From: Candidatus Aminicenantes bacterium
Lineage (GTDB): Bacteria; Acidobacteriota; Aminicenantia; UBA2199
Assembly (NCBI GenBank): GCA_963764745.1
Contig: CAVXTN010000012.1
Span: forward strand, 307,564 to 371,563
DNA: 64,000 bases
Direction of reading: 5' to 3'
A program made the position numbers and the translations under genes. Every line of letters begins with the position of its first letter. Position 1 is the first letter of the stretch. Under the pieces are notes generated by a model, which ran no database searches, was not told where the DNA came from, and saw only the letters and a list, made by a program, of their open reading frames with translations. Below, in pieces: positions 49,268 to 59,542 of this stretch.

Positions 49268-50488
49268 TTACCGCCTGACCAGTTCCACGCGGCGGTTCTG
49301 GGCGCGGCCCAACTCGGTGGCGTTGTCGGCCACCGGCTTGCTCGCGCCCAAGCCCTTGGTCTGCAGGCGGTCGGCGTCGATGCCCGCCGGCCACCAGGTA
49401 GGCCTTGACCGCTTCGGCGCGCTGCCGGGAGAGCTTCTGGTTGTGGCTTTCACCGCCGGTCGAGTCGGTGTGGCCCTCGATGGTCAGTTTCCAGCCCGGC
49501 TCCCCTTTCAGCACGGCCAGGACCTCTTCCAGGACCGGTTTGGACTCGCCGCGGATGACGGCCGCATCCAGGTCAAAGAGGATGCCGTAGACGCTGCGCG
49601 CGGCCGTCGCTCAGCAGTTTCTTTTTCAACTCCCCGCCCAGCGACCCCGACCAATGGGGGCAACCGCCGATCTGCGGACTGATCTTGCTGCCGTTCCAGT
49701 TCCCGGCTGGCGCCTCCTTTTCCCGTCCCTTGCGCCACCAGTAGCCGCGGAAGCTTTTGCCGTCGGGGCTGAAGATCATCACGGCCGGCCCGGAATTTTC
49801 CCCCTCGCGCCAGGTGATCTTCATGAGACGCCCTTCGATGGCGCCGTCCAGCAGACCTTCGTTATACTCATAGCAGCCGACCAGGGCCGTTCCCTGCTGC
49901 CGGACATGGAACTTGGAGTAGTCGGTGTCATAGGTTCCGGAAATGTTTTCCAGGGGGCTGGGCACGACCGGTTTCAGGCCGTAGCCACGGAAGGCAAAAA
50001 GCTCCGTCCACTCCGCGGCGCCGTGGTTGTTTTTGATGGTCAGGCGCACCCAGCGCCCCTTGACCTTTTTCTGGGCCTTGAATTTCTGCTCGTCGGCCTT
50101 GGCCGCCAGCGTCGCCTGCAGGACGGTCTCGAAGCCGCTGTTCCTGGCCGCAGGGGAGATCTCGACCGTGATCTCCCTGGCTCCGGCGCCCTCGGTGTCG
50201 ACCGCGGCGGTGGCGAATTCAAAGCTTTCAATTTCGGCGGCGTTGATCATTTCAAACACAAAAACATTGTTGGCTGTCTTTCCGCTCTCGCAGGCCCAGC
50301 CCGAGGCGGGACTTGTCGTCCAGGAGGGCTTCCGCCGGCCAGCCGCCGTAATTGGCGGGAACGATGACGGGCATGGTCCCCTCCTGCAGCGACATAAGGT
50401 TGACCATTTCCCTTTGCTCCTGGCCGGAGAGTCCAAGCCCGGAGCCCAAAAGCAAGCAAAAAAGAAAACGTGAAATTGTTTTTTTCAT
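49268..50488 (-). CDS. Exported OmpA-C-domain protein with discoidin-like and small beta-barrel domains (about 4 frameshifts)
   Basis: SD + signal MKKTISRF; [17 protein letters not shown]; ISGTYDT..GYWW; [21 protein letters not shown]; [20 protein letters not shown]. Confidence 0.78.
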
Positions 50489-50556
50489 GCCTCCCTCCTG
50501 AGCCGATAACGATTTCAGCATACCCGCAAGCGGGAAGTTTGTAAAGGGACCGGCCG

Positions 50557-51252
50557 CTACTCCTGGCGAAAGATCCTTTTTAACAACCTGGCGAGCAATG
50601 GCAACAGCTGAATTTCGAGATCCTCGGGTTCACGATACTGCCCCGGGCGGGAATGGTCGAAGGCCTGGTCGATGGTTCTGAATTGCAGGTTTTTTTTCTC
50701 CTGCTCCAGGGCGAGCTGGGCCATTTCCAGTTCCTTCTCCTTCTTCAGGATGTTGCCGCCGGCCTTCACCCACTCGAGGATCTGGCGCAGTTCGCCGCCG
50801 TCGAGCCACAGGCCGTGCTCGCGGCATTGGTCGGCAATGACGCCGCTGCGCGGGCCGAAGTTGATGCGGTTCATCAGCTTGCGGCAAACCGGGCAATCGA
50901 TATAGGAAACCGGAAATTCGTGGCTGCGCTTTACGTTCTGCACCTCGTCGAGCCGCTGGCGATCGACGGCGTGGACATTGGTGACCGTTTTTTCCAGGAC
51001 CGCTTCCAGTTCGCCCGGATCGAAAAAAAGGCCCAGGCAGCGCGGGCAGCGCTCGATCAGGAATTTTTCCCCCAGGTGCAGGTCAAGGGTCTGCAGAAAA
51101 ATGTGGCAGCGGGGGCAAAGCCGCTCGGACTGGGGCTTCTCGACCGTGTAGCGGTGCACCACCGACAGGTCGACGTCCTGGCGGGTCTTGCAGTAGGAAC
51201 AGACGAGCAGCGTCCCGGTCAGGACGGCCCCGCAATTTTTGCAGTTCGCCAT
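50557..51252 (-). CDS. Multi-zinc-ribbon protein with two zf-TFIIB-like domains
   Basis: CKNC..CSYC; CPRC..CPRCLGLFFDPGELE; CPVC..CREHGLWLDGGEL. Confidence 0.78.
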   Translation of the reverse strand: MANCKNCGAVLTGTLLVCSYCKTRQDVDLSVVHRYTVEKPQSERLCPRCHIFLQTLDLHLGEKFLIERCPRCLGLFFDPGELEAVLEKTVTNVHAVDRQRLDEVQNVKRSHEFPVSYIDCPVCRKLMNRINFGPRSGVIADQCREHGLWLDGGELRQILEWVKAGGNILKKEKELEMAQLALEQEKKNLQFRTIDQAFDHSRPGQYREPEDLEIQLLPLLARLLKRIFRQE

Positions 51253-51267
51253 TTTCCCTCGGCGCGC

Positions 51268-51972
51268 CTACAACTCGTACCCCAGGCTCAGTTCCAACGC
51301 CAACTGGGGCGCCCGCAGATAGCTGCGGTGCCGCGGGCCGCTGCGGTCGTCAAAAAGATCGGTGACGTCGATCCCGCTCAGCGGACCTTTGGCGTAGAGA
51401 TAGCCGATCAGGCGGTAGATCAGGCTGGCGCTGAAGAACATCCGCGTCGAGACCGGCAGCAGCATGCCGGCCCCCGCGTTGGCGCCCACTCCCAGGTAGG
51501 TGGCGTCGAAAATCTTGCCGTTCCTGTCGGCCGAGTTGTTGTGCACCGTCAACCAGGGGAAAACGAGGCCGAAGTGCAGGAATATCTTCAGCGCCGGGGT
51601 TTTCAGCAGGAAGCTGCGCGAATTGATCTGGATCAGGCGCGACACGGCCGTGCCGTCACGGCCCTGGAAGGACACGTCGTGCCCGGAGACCAGATAGGAA
51701 ACCGACCACAATCCGGACCGGTAGCGGCGGCCGAAGCCGAAGCCGAAACCCAGGCTGGGCTTGACGCGGGGGATATAAAAAACCTCGTTCGCGTTGCCCA
51801 GGACCATGGTCCCGTTGAGGTCCGTTTGGCTGAAGGAAAGGTACTGCGAAGTCGCTTCGACGAAAAACGCTCCGCTTTCGACAGCGTGCTCGACGGCGGC
51901 GGGCGGTTCCTGGGCGAACGCGCAGCGCACCGACAGCAGCAGCAAAACGGGCAGCGCGTACTTGATTTTCAT
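51268..51972 (-). CDS. Putative small outer-membrane beta-barrel protein
   Basis: Signal peptide ending AFA, amphipathic Gly/aromatic strands, C-terminal LELSLGYEL. Confidence 0.55.
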   Translation of the reverse strand: MKIKYALPVLLLLSVRCAFAQEPPAAVEHAVESGAFFVEATSQYLSFSQTDLNGTMVLGNANEVFYIPRVKPSLGFGFGFGRRYRSGLWSVSYLVSGHDVSFQGRDGTAVSRLIQINSRSFLLKTPALKIFLHFGLVFPWLTVHNNSADRNGKIFDATYLGVGANAGAGMLLPVSTRMFFSASLIYRLIGYLYAKGPLSGIDVTDLFDDRSGPRHRSYLRAPQLALELSLGYEL

Positions 51973-51994
51973 GACTTTGGTGCCCCGGATGTCG

Positions 51995-53332
51995 TTATTT
52001 TCGCGGTTTTCCCCCGAGCGGCGGCTCGGGGAGCGCCGGCGGCGGGGGAACCTTGGCCCTGGCGATTTCCACAAAGGCGTCGATCAAGCCCGGCAGGGAG
52101 GAGATCTCAAAACCGTGGTTGATGGTATACACGAGGCCCTGGTCGGAATTTTCCCAGACCTGGCAGAACCCCTTGCCCTGCTCCAAAAATGCGGCGATTT
52201 TTTCCATGGCGGCCGGGACGGGAAAGGTCGCCTTGTTTTCGCGCAGAAGCTGGGCCGCGAGGCGCGGCAGGCGCGGACTGGCGAAGCCGAAGCCGTTGCC
52301 GCGGCGGGGCAGTCTGTAGGCCATGGCCTTGTAGTCATCGCTGTCGGCCAGGCGCTGGCCCTTGCCCAGGACATTGTCCACGAGGGCGCCCTGCGAGGCC
52401 AGCACGAGCCACTCGCCCTTCTGGGCGATCACCGGTTCCAGGGGAAACGGCGCCGGCAGGCGCGGAAAGACGATCTTCTTCAACCCTTTTTCCTCGCTGG
52501 CCTTGTTGTGGCCCGTGGCGGTCAGCTTGCCCTTGAGCGTTTCGAACAGGTAGTCGTCATTGACGCGCACCAGCAGGGCAAATGCCGGTTCCGGCACCGA
52601 CAGCGGCGTTTTCCCCAGCGGCAGCATGACCCTTTTTTCCGGGTCCAGGGTAAGCAGGAAGCCCATGCGCCCGCCATAGGACTTGATCAGCCGGTCGTAG
52701 TCGATGCCGGCCATCTGCAGGCCCGCTTTCATCATGGCCATGCCTTGTTCCAGGGTCGGGCTTTCATGATCGCCCTGCCGCCCATTTTCTGGCCCATCTG
52801 GCCCAGCCAGTCAATCAACTTGGACAATATCGTAATCGGAAACAAATGCCAGCGCCGTATCGGCCGGCAGCAAGTCGATCTCGTCCAGGTCGCGCGGGCC
52901 CTGGCCGGCGATCTTCCAGATCAAACCCTGGTCGCGGCCCGGCCGGTGGTGGAGGACGACGCGGACGCGGTGCAGGCCGGGCTTGATGGCGAAGGAGCTG
53001 AAACCCAGGCCGCTGATTTCATCCAGTCCGTACCCCTTGAACATCAGGCTCACCATGTCCAGGCCTTGCCTGGCCTGCGCCTGCCGCTCCGCGGGCAGCG
53101 CGCTCACGTTCTTCTGCAGTCCGGCCACGACGCCTTGCGCGACGGCCATGACCTTCTCGGCGTGAAAATAGGCGAAGACTTCGCCGCCCTGGTCCAACTG
53201 GGAAGTCACCTGCCAGAACGTATTGTCCACCGCCGAACGGTGCCAGCGCGGGACAACGAAACTGATCAGCGCCCAGGCCGCCGCGGCGCCCAGGATCAAC
53301 CCGCAGAAAAGAAAAACCAGGGTTTTTTTCAT
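51995..53332 (-). CDS. Membrane-anchored periplasmic hypothetical protein (DUF3352-like; frameshifted)
   Basis: SD GGAGG, N-terminal TM, DLLPADTALAF, WLVLASQ, LADSDDYK..LP; two co-linear ORF fragments. Confidence 0.6.
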
Positions 53333-53468
53333 TTTCCACCTCCACGGAAGGAAATTATAAGCCACCGGAGAAAAAAAGCAAGCACAGGCGGAACAATGCC
53401 CTGGCCGGCAAGCAAGTGACGGTGACCGGCGGGTCCGCTCCGCGCATGCCCGATCGGCCGCCGCCGGA

Positions 53469-53497
53469 TTGACAGCCTGCCGCCAATCGGCTAGAAT
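53469..53497 (+). promoter_or_regulatory. Promoter of clpSA
   Basis: TTGACA-17-TAGAAT. Confidence 0.65.
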
Positions 53498-53520
53498 TCA
53501 TGATAGCGATAGAGGTACTC

Positions 53521-53844
53521 ATGGATAACGATCAGGAATTCACTTTGGGGACGGATGGCGATCTGCAGGCCAAGGAACAGACTGATTTGCGGCCGCCGCA
53601 GATGTACCGCGTCATCCTGCACAACGACCATTTCACCACCATGGAATTCGTGATCGACATCCTGGTGAAGATCTTTCACAAGCCCGCGCGCGACGCCTCG
53701 AGCATCATGCTGGACGTCCACCGCAGCGGCAGCGGCATCTGCGGCGTCTACAGCTATGACATCGCCCGCACCAAGGTCTCCCAGGTGCACGCCCTGGCCC
53801 GGGCCCAGGAATTCCCGCTCAAGTGCACGTTTGAGGAGGCTTGA
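53521..53844 (+). CDS. clpS: ATP-dependent Clp protease adaptor ClpS
   Basis: PPQMYRVILHNDHFTTMEFV, MLDVH..G.GICGVY..DIA.TK, FPLKCT.E. Confidence 0.95.
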   Translation: MDNDQEFTLGTDGDLQAKEQTDLRPPQMYRVILHNDHFTTMEFVIDILVKIFHKPARDASSIMLDVHRSGSGICGVYSYDIARTKVSQVHALARAQEFPLKCTFEEA

Positions 53845-53856
53845 AGCGAGGCAGCC

Positions 53857-56184
53857 ATGGACAAGATGGAAATCGATGAAGAACTGAACCGCATCCTGGC
53901 CGTGGCCTACGCCGATGCCCGCAGCCGCAAGCACGAATACCTGACCCCGGAACACATTCTCTACGCCTCGCTGTTTTTCGCCGCCGGGGCCGGGATCATC
54001 GGCCGCTGCGGGGCCAATGTCGAGCTCATGAAAAGGGAACTGGAAACCTACATGAACGAACAGGTGCCCAAAACGACCCGCAAGGATCCCGTTCCCTCGC
54101 TCGGCTTCCAGGACCTGATGGAGCGGGCCGTGGTCCACACGGTGGCCGCCGAAAAAAAACTCCTGGAGATCGGCGACCTGTATGCCGCCCTGCTGGAAGA
54201 AAAGGAATCGTTCAGCGCCTACCTGCTGCAGCGCGAGGGGGTAAGCCGCTTCAACCTGCTCAGCGTGATCTCCCACGGCGGCGACCTCGGGGCCGGGACG
54301 ACTTCCATTCCGGCTCCAGGCCCGGAAGCCGAAGCTGAAAGAACCAGCGACGGCCGCGAACGCAAAAAACAGCCCGCCGCCGGCAAGGGCGGAGATTTTC
54401 TGCGCTTGTACACCCGCGAGCTGACCGACAAGGCGCGCGCCGGGGAAAGCGAGCCGCTGATCGGCCGCGACGACATCCTGGAGCGCACCCTGCAGGTGCT
54501 CTGCCGGCGCTTCAAGAACAACCCGGTGCATGTCGGCGATCCCGGCGTGGGCAAAACGGCCATCACCGAGGGACTGGCCCAGCGGGTGGTGCAGGGACGG
54601 GTGCCCGCCGCCCTGAAAAACATCCGCATCTACTCCCTGGACCTGGGCGCCCTCCTGGCGGGCACGCGCTATCGCGGCGATTTCGAGGAACGGCTGAAAA
54701 AAGTGCTGACCATCCTGCAGGAGGAAAAGAACGCCGTGCTCTTCATCGACGAGATCCACACCATCATCGGCGCCGGCGCGGTCTCGGGCGGCTCCCTGGA
54801 CGCCTCCAATATCCTGAAACCGGTGCTGGCGCAGGGGAAGACTGCGCTGCATCGGCACCACCACCCACGAAGAGTACAAGAAATATTTCGAAAAGGACCG
54901 CGCCCTGTCGCGCCGTTTTCAGAAGATCGAGATTCCCGAGCCCACGGTCATGGAAACCTACGACATCCTGCTGGGACTGCGCCGGCGCTACGAGGACTAT
55001 CACAAGGTGACCTACGGCGACGAAGTGCTCAAGGCCGCGGCCGAGCTTTCGGGCAAGTACATCAACGACCGCTACCTGCCCGACAAGGCCATCGACGTCA
55101 TCGACGAGGCCGGGGCCCTGGCGCGCATGAACGCTGCGGAAAAAGCGGGCCGATCGCCATCAGCATGGACATGGTCGAACAGGTGGTGGCCCGGATCGCC
55201 AAGGTGCCGCGCCGCAGCGTATCGCTTTCCGAGAACCGGAACCTGCGCCTCCTGGAAGCGGAACTGAAAACCCGCCTGTTCGGCCAGGACGAAGCCGTGG
55301 AAAAGGTCGCCTGGGCCATCAAGCGTTCCCGGGCCGGGTTTCGCGACGCCGACAAGCCGGTGGCCAAGTTCCTCTTCGTCGGCCCCACCGGAGTGGGCAA
55401 GACCGAGCTGGCCCGCCAGCTGGCCGACGTCCTGAGCGTGCCGCTGCTGCGCTTCGACATGAGCGAATACCAGGAAAAGCACACCGTCTCGCGCCTGGTC
55501 GGCGCTCCGCCCGGCTATGTCGGCTACGAAGAGGGCGGGCTGCTGACCGAGGCCGTGCGCAAGTCGCCCTACGCCGTCCTGCTGCTCGATGAGATCGAAA
55601 AGGCCCACCCCGATATCTTCAACACGCTGCTGCAGGTGATGGACTATGCCACCCTGACCGACAACAGCGGCCGCAAGGCCGATTTCCGCAACCTGGTGCT
55701 GATCATGACCTCCAACGCCGGCGCCAAGGAACTCGGCCGGGCCGCGGTCGGCTTCCAGGGCGAACCGCTTTCCGGGGCCGTTACCGTGGCCGTGGAGAAG
55801 CTTTTCTCGCCGGAATTCCGCAACCGCCTGGACGCCATCGTCACCTTCAACAACCTGGACGAGGAAGTGGTCGCCCGCATCGTCAGGAAAATGATCGCGG
55901 AATTCAGCAAGCAGCTCGAGGAAAAGAAGGTGGCCCTGCGCGTCAGCCCGGCCGCCATCGCCTGGCTGGCCAAGCGCGGCTTTTCCCGGATCTTCGGCGC
56001 CCGCGAAGTCGCGCGCCTGGTCCAGGAGAAGATCAAGAATCCCTTTGTCGACGAGGTCCTTTTCGGCCGCCTGAAAAGCGGCGGCAAGGCCGTGATCGAG
56101 GTCAGCAGGGACGAACTGGTCATCCGCGTCGAGGACGAAAAACAGGTCAAAAGTAAAAAGGTAAAAGGTAAAAGTAAAGAATAG
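53857..56184 (+). CDS. clpA: ATP-dependent Clp protease ATP-binding subunit ClpA (two compensating frameshifts at about 54840-55140)
   Basis: [64 protein letters not shown]; follows clpS. Confidence 0.95.
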   Translation: MDKMEIDEELNRILAVAYADARSRKHEYLTPEHILYASLFFAAGAGIIGRCGANVELMKRELETYMNEQVPKTTRKDPVPSLGFQDLMERAVVHTVAAEKKLLEIGDLYAALLEEKESFSAYLLQREGVSRFNLLSVISHGGDLGAGTTSIPAPGPEAEAERTSDGRERKKQPAAGKGGDFLRLYTRELTDKARAGESEPLIGRDDILERTLQVLCRRFKNNPVHVGDPGVGKTAITEGLAQRVVQGRVPAALKNIRIYSLDLGALLAGTRYRGDFEERLKKVLTILQEEKNAVLFIDEIHTIIGAGAVSGGSLDASNILKPVLAQGKTALHRHHHPRRVQEIFRKGPRPVAPFSEDRDSRAHGHGNLRHPAGTAPALRGLSQGDLRRRSAQGRGRAFGQVHQRPLPARQGHRRHRRGRGPGAHERCGKSGPIAISMDMVEQVVARIAKVPRRSVSLSENRNLRLLEAELKTRLFGQDEAVEKVAWAIKRSRAGFRDADKPVAKFLFVGPTGVGKTELARQLADVLSVPLLRFDMSEYQEKHTVSRLVGAPPGYVGYEEGGLLTEAVRKSPYAVLLLDEIEKAHPDIFNTLLQVMDYATLTDNSGRKADFRNLVLIMTSNAGAKELGRAAVGFQGEPLSGAVTVAVEKLFSPEFRNRLDAIVTFNNLDEEVVARIVRKMIAEFSKQLEEKKVALRVSPAAIAWLAKRGFSRIFGAREVARLVQEKIKNPFVDEVLFGRLKSGGKAVIEVSRDELVIRVEDEKQVKSKKVKGKSKE
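56146..56184 (+). repeat. Approximately 7-bp tandem repeats (GTAAAAG-like) encoding the ClpA C-terminal tail
   Basis: GTCAAAAGTAAAAAGGTAAAAGGTAAAAGTAAAGAATAG; weak complementary arm TTCTTACTTTTT near 56240. Confidence 0.55.
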
Positions 56185-56282
56185 CCACCTTGACCGGCCG
56201 CAAAAATCAGTATTGGGGAGATCGATCAAAGGATTTCATTCTTACTTTTTTCTCGAGCCTTTATTCTTGGGCTTGATGGTCA

Positions 56283-56311
56283 TTGATTTTTTTCCCGCAT
56301 CTTCCTATAAT
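56283..56311 (+). promoter_or_regulatory. Promoter of the APC permease genes
   Basis: TTGATT-17-TATAAT. Confidence 0.65.
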
Positions 56312-56361
56312 GCCTTTTAAATGAAAATCCACCGGCGCCGCGGCGGCCAACGAGGAAAAAG

Positions 56362-57858
56362 ATGAACGGAGCTGAAAAAAAGCAACCGGTGGAACTGCTG
56401 CGCGAAGTCGGCCTGATCGCCGCCATCGCCTTCGCCATCGGCTCGGTCATCGGCTCGGGGATCTTCAAGAAGCCCGGGCTGATGGCCAGCCAGCTCGAGT
56501 CGCCGCTGCTGCTGCTCCTGGTCTGGGTCGTCGCCGGCCTGATGACCCTGTTCGGCACGCTGAGCATCGCCGAGATCTCGGGCATGTTCCCCCAGGCCGG
56601 AGGCCAGTACATTTATTTCAACAAGAGCTACGGCGAGTTCGCCGGCTACCTCTACGGCTGGGCCGTGTTCATCGTCATCCAGACCGGCTCCATCGCCTCC
56701 ATCGCCTACGTGTTTTCCGACTCGCTGGGCTATTTTTTCAAATTCCCGCGCCTGGGCCCGGCCTGGGAATCGTTCGCCCTGCACATCCCCTGGGTCGGGG
56801 CCATCACGCCCTTCAAGTTCATCGGCCTCAAGGGCTGCACCATCCTGCTGATCCTGTTCCTGACCGTGGTCAATTACCTGGGCGTGCGCCTGGGCAGCGC
56901 CGTGCAGGTCATTTTCACCGGCCTGAAGATCGCCGTCATCCTGGCCATCGTGGTCCTGGCCTTCACCATCGGCCACGGCAGCCTGGCCAACTTCACCCAG
57001 TCGGCCGTCACCTTCAGCGGCGGCTACGCCCCGGTTTTCCTGGCCTTCATCATCGCCATGTCCGGCGCTTTCTGGGCCTACGACGGCTGGATCAACCTCA
57101 CCTACCTGGCCGGCGAGATCAAGAACCCGCAGAAAAACATGCCCCGGGCCATGATCATCGCCGCCGTCGTCTTCATTTCGATCTACCTGCTGATCAACCT
57201 GGCCTATTTTTACATCATCCCCGTCCATGAGATGGGCAGCAAGTACCTGGCCGCCGAGAGCACCGGCCAGTCCTACCTGGTGGCCACCGACGTGGCTTCC
57301 TCGTTCCTGGGAGGCTGGGGCGGCAGCCTGATCGCCGTGGCCATCATGATCTCCACTTTCGGCACGGTCAACGGCACGCTGATGATGTCGGCCCGGGTCT
57401 ATTACGCCATGGCCAAGGAAAAGCTTTTTTTTCGCAAACTGCAGTATGTCCATCCGCGCTATCGCACGCCGGGCCCGTCGCTGGTCGTCCAGGGCGTTCT
57501 GGACCTCGGTACTGATCCTGAGCGGCACCTTCGACCAGCTGACCGACATGCTGATCTTCGTCTCCTGGATCTTTTACGCCGCCGCCGCCCTGGGCGTGAT
57601 CGTCCTGCGCCGCAAGATGCCCGACCACGAGCGGCCCTACAAGGTCTGGGGCTATCCGCTGCCGTGCCGGTGCTGTTCATCATTTTCGCCATGGTCTACG
57701 TGGTGTTCACCCTGTATTCCGATATCGCCAACTACGCCGCCGGCCGCGCCCCGCTGATCAATTCGCTGCTGGGCCTGCTGCTGGTGGCCGCGGGCATCCC
57801 CGGCTACCTGTTCTGGAAGCGGCGCAAAACCAGGGAAGGGGCAGAACAGCCGATTTGA
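56362..57858 (+). CDS. APC family amino acid permease (internal compensating frameshifts)
   Basis: IGSVIGSGIF, FPQAGGQY, WAYDGW, EIKNPQKNMPRA, SARVYYAMA. Confidence 0.92.
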   Translation: MNGAEKKQPVELLREVGLIAAIAFAIGSVIGSGIFKKPGLMASQLESPLLLLLVWVVAGLMTLFGTLSIAEISGMFPQAGGQYIYFNKSYGEFAGYLYGWAVFIVIQTGSIASIAYVFSDSLGYFFKFPRLGPAWESFALHIPWVGAITPFKFIGLKGCTILLILFLTVVNYLGVRLGSAVQVIFTGLKIAVILAIVVLAFTIGHGSLANFTQSAVTFSGGYAPVFLAFIIAMSGAFWAYDGWINLTYLAGEIKNPQKNMPRAMIIAAVVFISIYLLINLAYFYIIPVHEMGSKYLAAESTGQSYLVATDVASSFLGGWGGSLIAVAIMISTFGTVNGTLMMSARVYYAMAKEKLFFRKLQYVHPRYRTPGPSLVVQGVLDLGTDPERHLRPADRHADLRLLDLLRRRRPGRDRPAPQDARPRAALQGLGLSAAVPVLFIIFAMVYVVFTLYSDIANYAAGRAPLINSLLGLLLVAAGIPGYLFWKRRKTREGAEQPI

Positions 57859-57909
57859 CATTTTTTTAGCAGATGGCTATTTATACCTTTACTTGGTGAA
57901 GGGGGAAAA

Positions 57910-59316
57910 ATGGCAAAGGAAGAACCCAAAAGCGGACTGGCAAGGCGCCTGGGAGTGCTCGACGCCAGCAATATCGTCATCGGCTCCATGATCGGCTCGG
58001 GCATCTTCATCGCCCCCTCGCTGATGGCCGGCTACATCCAGACCCCGGGCATCCTGGTCCTGCTCTGGCTGGTCGGCGGCATCCTGACCGTCTTCGCCGC
58101 CCTGAGCCTCGGCGAGCTGGCCGCGGCGTATCCCAAGGCCGGCGGGCAGTACGTGTTCCTGAAGGAAGCGTATTCGCCGTTGTGGGGCTTCCTGTTCGGC
58201 TGGACGATCTTCCTGGTCATCCAGAGCGGCTTCATCGCCGCCGTGGCCATCGCCTTCGCCAAGTACCTGGGGGTCTTCTTCCCCTTCCTGGGCGAGGCCA
58301 ACAAGCTGTTCTCCCTGAGCCTGTTCGGCAAAGCCTTCAGCCTGTCGACGGCCCAGGTGGTCTCCATTTTTTGCATCGCCCTGCTGACCGCGGTCAACAT
58401 CCGCGGCGTGCGCGCCGGCGCTTCCCTGCAGAATATTTTCACCTTCGCCAAGGTGGCGGCCATCCTGTTCCTGATCGGGGCGGCGTTTTTCTTTTTCAAG
58501 GGCAGCTTCAAGAATTTCACCCCGCTGCTCAAGCCGGTCCTGCCCGCCGCCGCGTCCCTGCCGCTTTTCGCCGCCCTGGCCGTGGCCATGAGCAAGGCCC
58601 TGTTCGCCTACGACTCCTGGAACGCGGTGGCTTTCGTGGCCGAGGAGGTCCGCGACCCGCAGAAGAACCTGCCCCGGGCCATGGTCCTGGGCAGCGGCGC
58701 CGTCGCCCTGATCTACACCCTGACCGCCATGGCCTATCTATATGTCATCCCCATCCAGCAGATGGCCGCGGTCCCCGAGAATCGCATCGGCGCGGCCGTG
58801 GCCCAGGCCATCATGGGCCAGGCGGGATTGATCTTCATCACCCTGGCCATATTGGTTTCCACCTTTGGCTGCGTCAACGGCCTGATCCTGCCCGGGCCGC
58901 GGCTCTATTACGCCATGGCCCGCGACGGCATATTCTTCAAGAAAACCGCCCGCATCCATGCCAAGTACAAGACGCCGCACGTCTCCCTGCTCTACCAGGG
59001 AGCATGGAGCTGCATACTGGTCCTGTCGGGAACCTACAACGACCTGTTGACCTACACGGCCTTCGCCTCGCTGCTGTTCAACGCCATGACCGTCGTCGGC
59101 CTGGTCAAGCTGCGCCGGCAGAAGCCCGACCTGGAGCGCCCCTACCGGGTGGCCGGCTACCCCTTCGTGCCGCTGCTCTACGTGGCCATCGCCCTGTTCT
59201 TCATCGTCTACATCATCATCGGCGACCCGGTCAATTCCGGCAAGGGCGTGTTCCTGATCCTGACCGGGCTGCCGGTTTATTTCTACTGGAAAAAGAAACT
59301 GCTGCGCAACGGCTGA
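57910..59316 (+). CDS. APC family amino acid permease (paralog)
   Basis: IGSMIGSGIF, YPKAGGQY, FAYDSW, EVRDPQKNLPRA, RPYRVAGYP. Confidence 0.93.
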   Translation: MAKEEPKSGLARRLGVLDASNIVIGSMIGSGIFIAPSLMAGYIQTPGILVLLWLVGGILTVFAALSLGELAAAYPKAGGQYVFLKEAYSPLWGFLFGWTIFLVIQSGFIAAVAIAFAKYLGVFFPFLGEANKLFSLSLFGKAFSLSTAQVVSIFCIALLTAVNIRGVRAGASLQNIFTFAKVAAILFLIGAAFFFFKGSFKNFTPLLKPVLPAAASLPLFAALAVAMSKALFAYDSWNAVAFVAEEVRDPQKNLPRAMVLGSGAVALIYTLTAMAYLYVIPIQQMAAVPENRIGAAVAQAIMGQAGLIFITLAILVSTFGCVNGLILPGPRLYYAMARDGIFFKKTARIHAKYKTPHVSLLYQGAWSCILVLSGTYNDLLTYTAFASLLFNAMTVVGLVKLRRQKPDLERPYRVAGYPFVPLLYVAIALFFIVYIIIGDPVNSGKGVFLILTGLPVYFYWKKKLLRNG

Positions 59317-59366
59317 CGACGTGAGGACTGCAGGCAAAAGGCAATACCCGGGCCGCATTTTTTTCA

Positions 59367-59395
59367 TTGACTTATTTTTTTTATTTCAATAGAAT
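59367..59395 (+). promoter_or_regulatory. Promoter of the NSS transporter locus
   Basis: TTGACT-17-TAGAAT. Confidence 0.6.
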
Positions 59396-59419
59396 CTTTT
59401 TTTACCGAGGAGGACGCAA

Positions 59420-59542
59420 ATGAACCAAGGACTGACATTGTGGGGCTGGCTCTCCCTGGCCGCCGCCTGGGGCGTGATATTGGTCCTGACGATCTACTGC
59501 TTCAGCCGCGTGCTGCTGGCCAAGAAGAAAAAGGAGACTGGG
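59420..59542 (+). CDS. Small single-TM protein (NSS accessory subunit-like), in frame with the downstream transporter
   Basis: SD GAGGAGG; MNQGLTLWGWLSLAAAWGVILVLTIYCFSRVLLAKKKK; followed by an internal SD AGGAG and an in-frame GTG at 59543. Confidence 0.55.
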
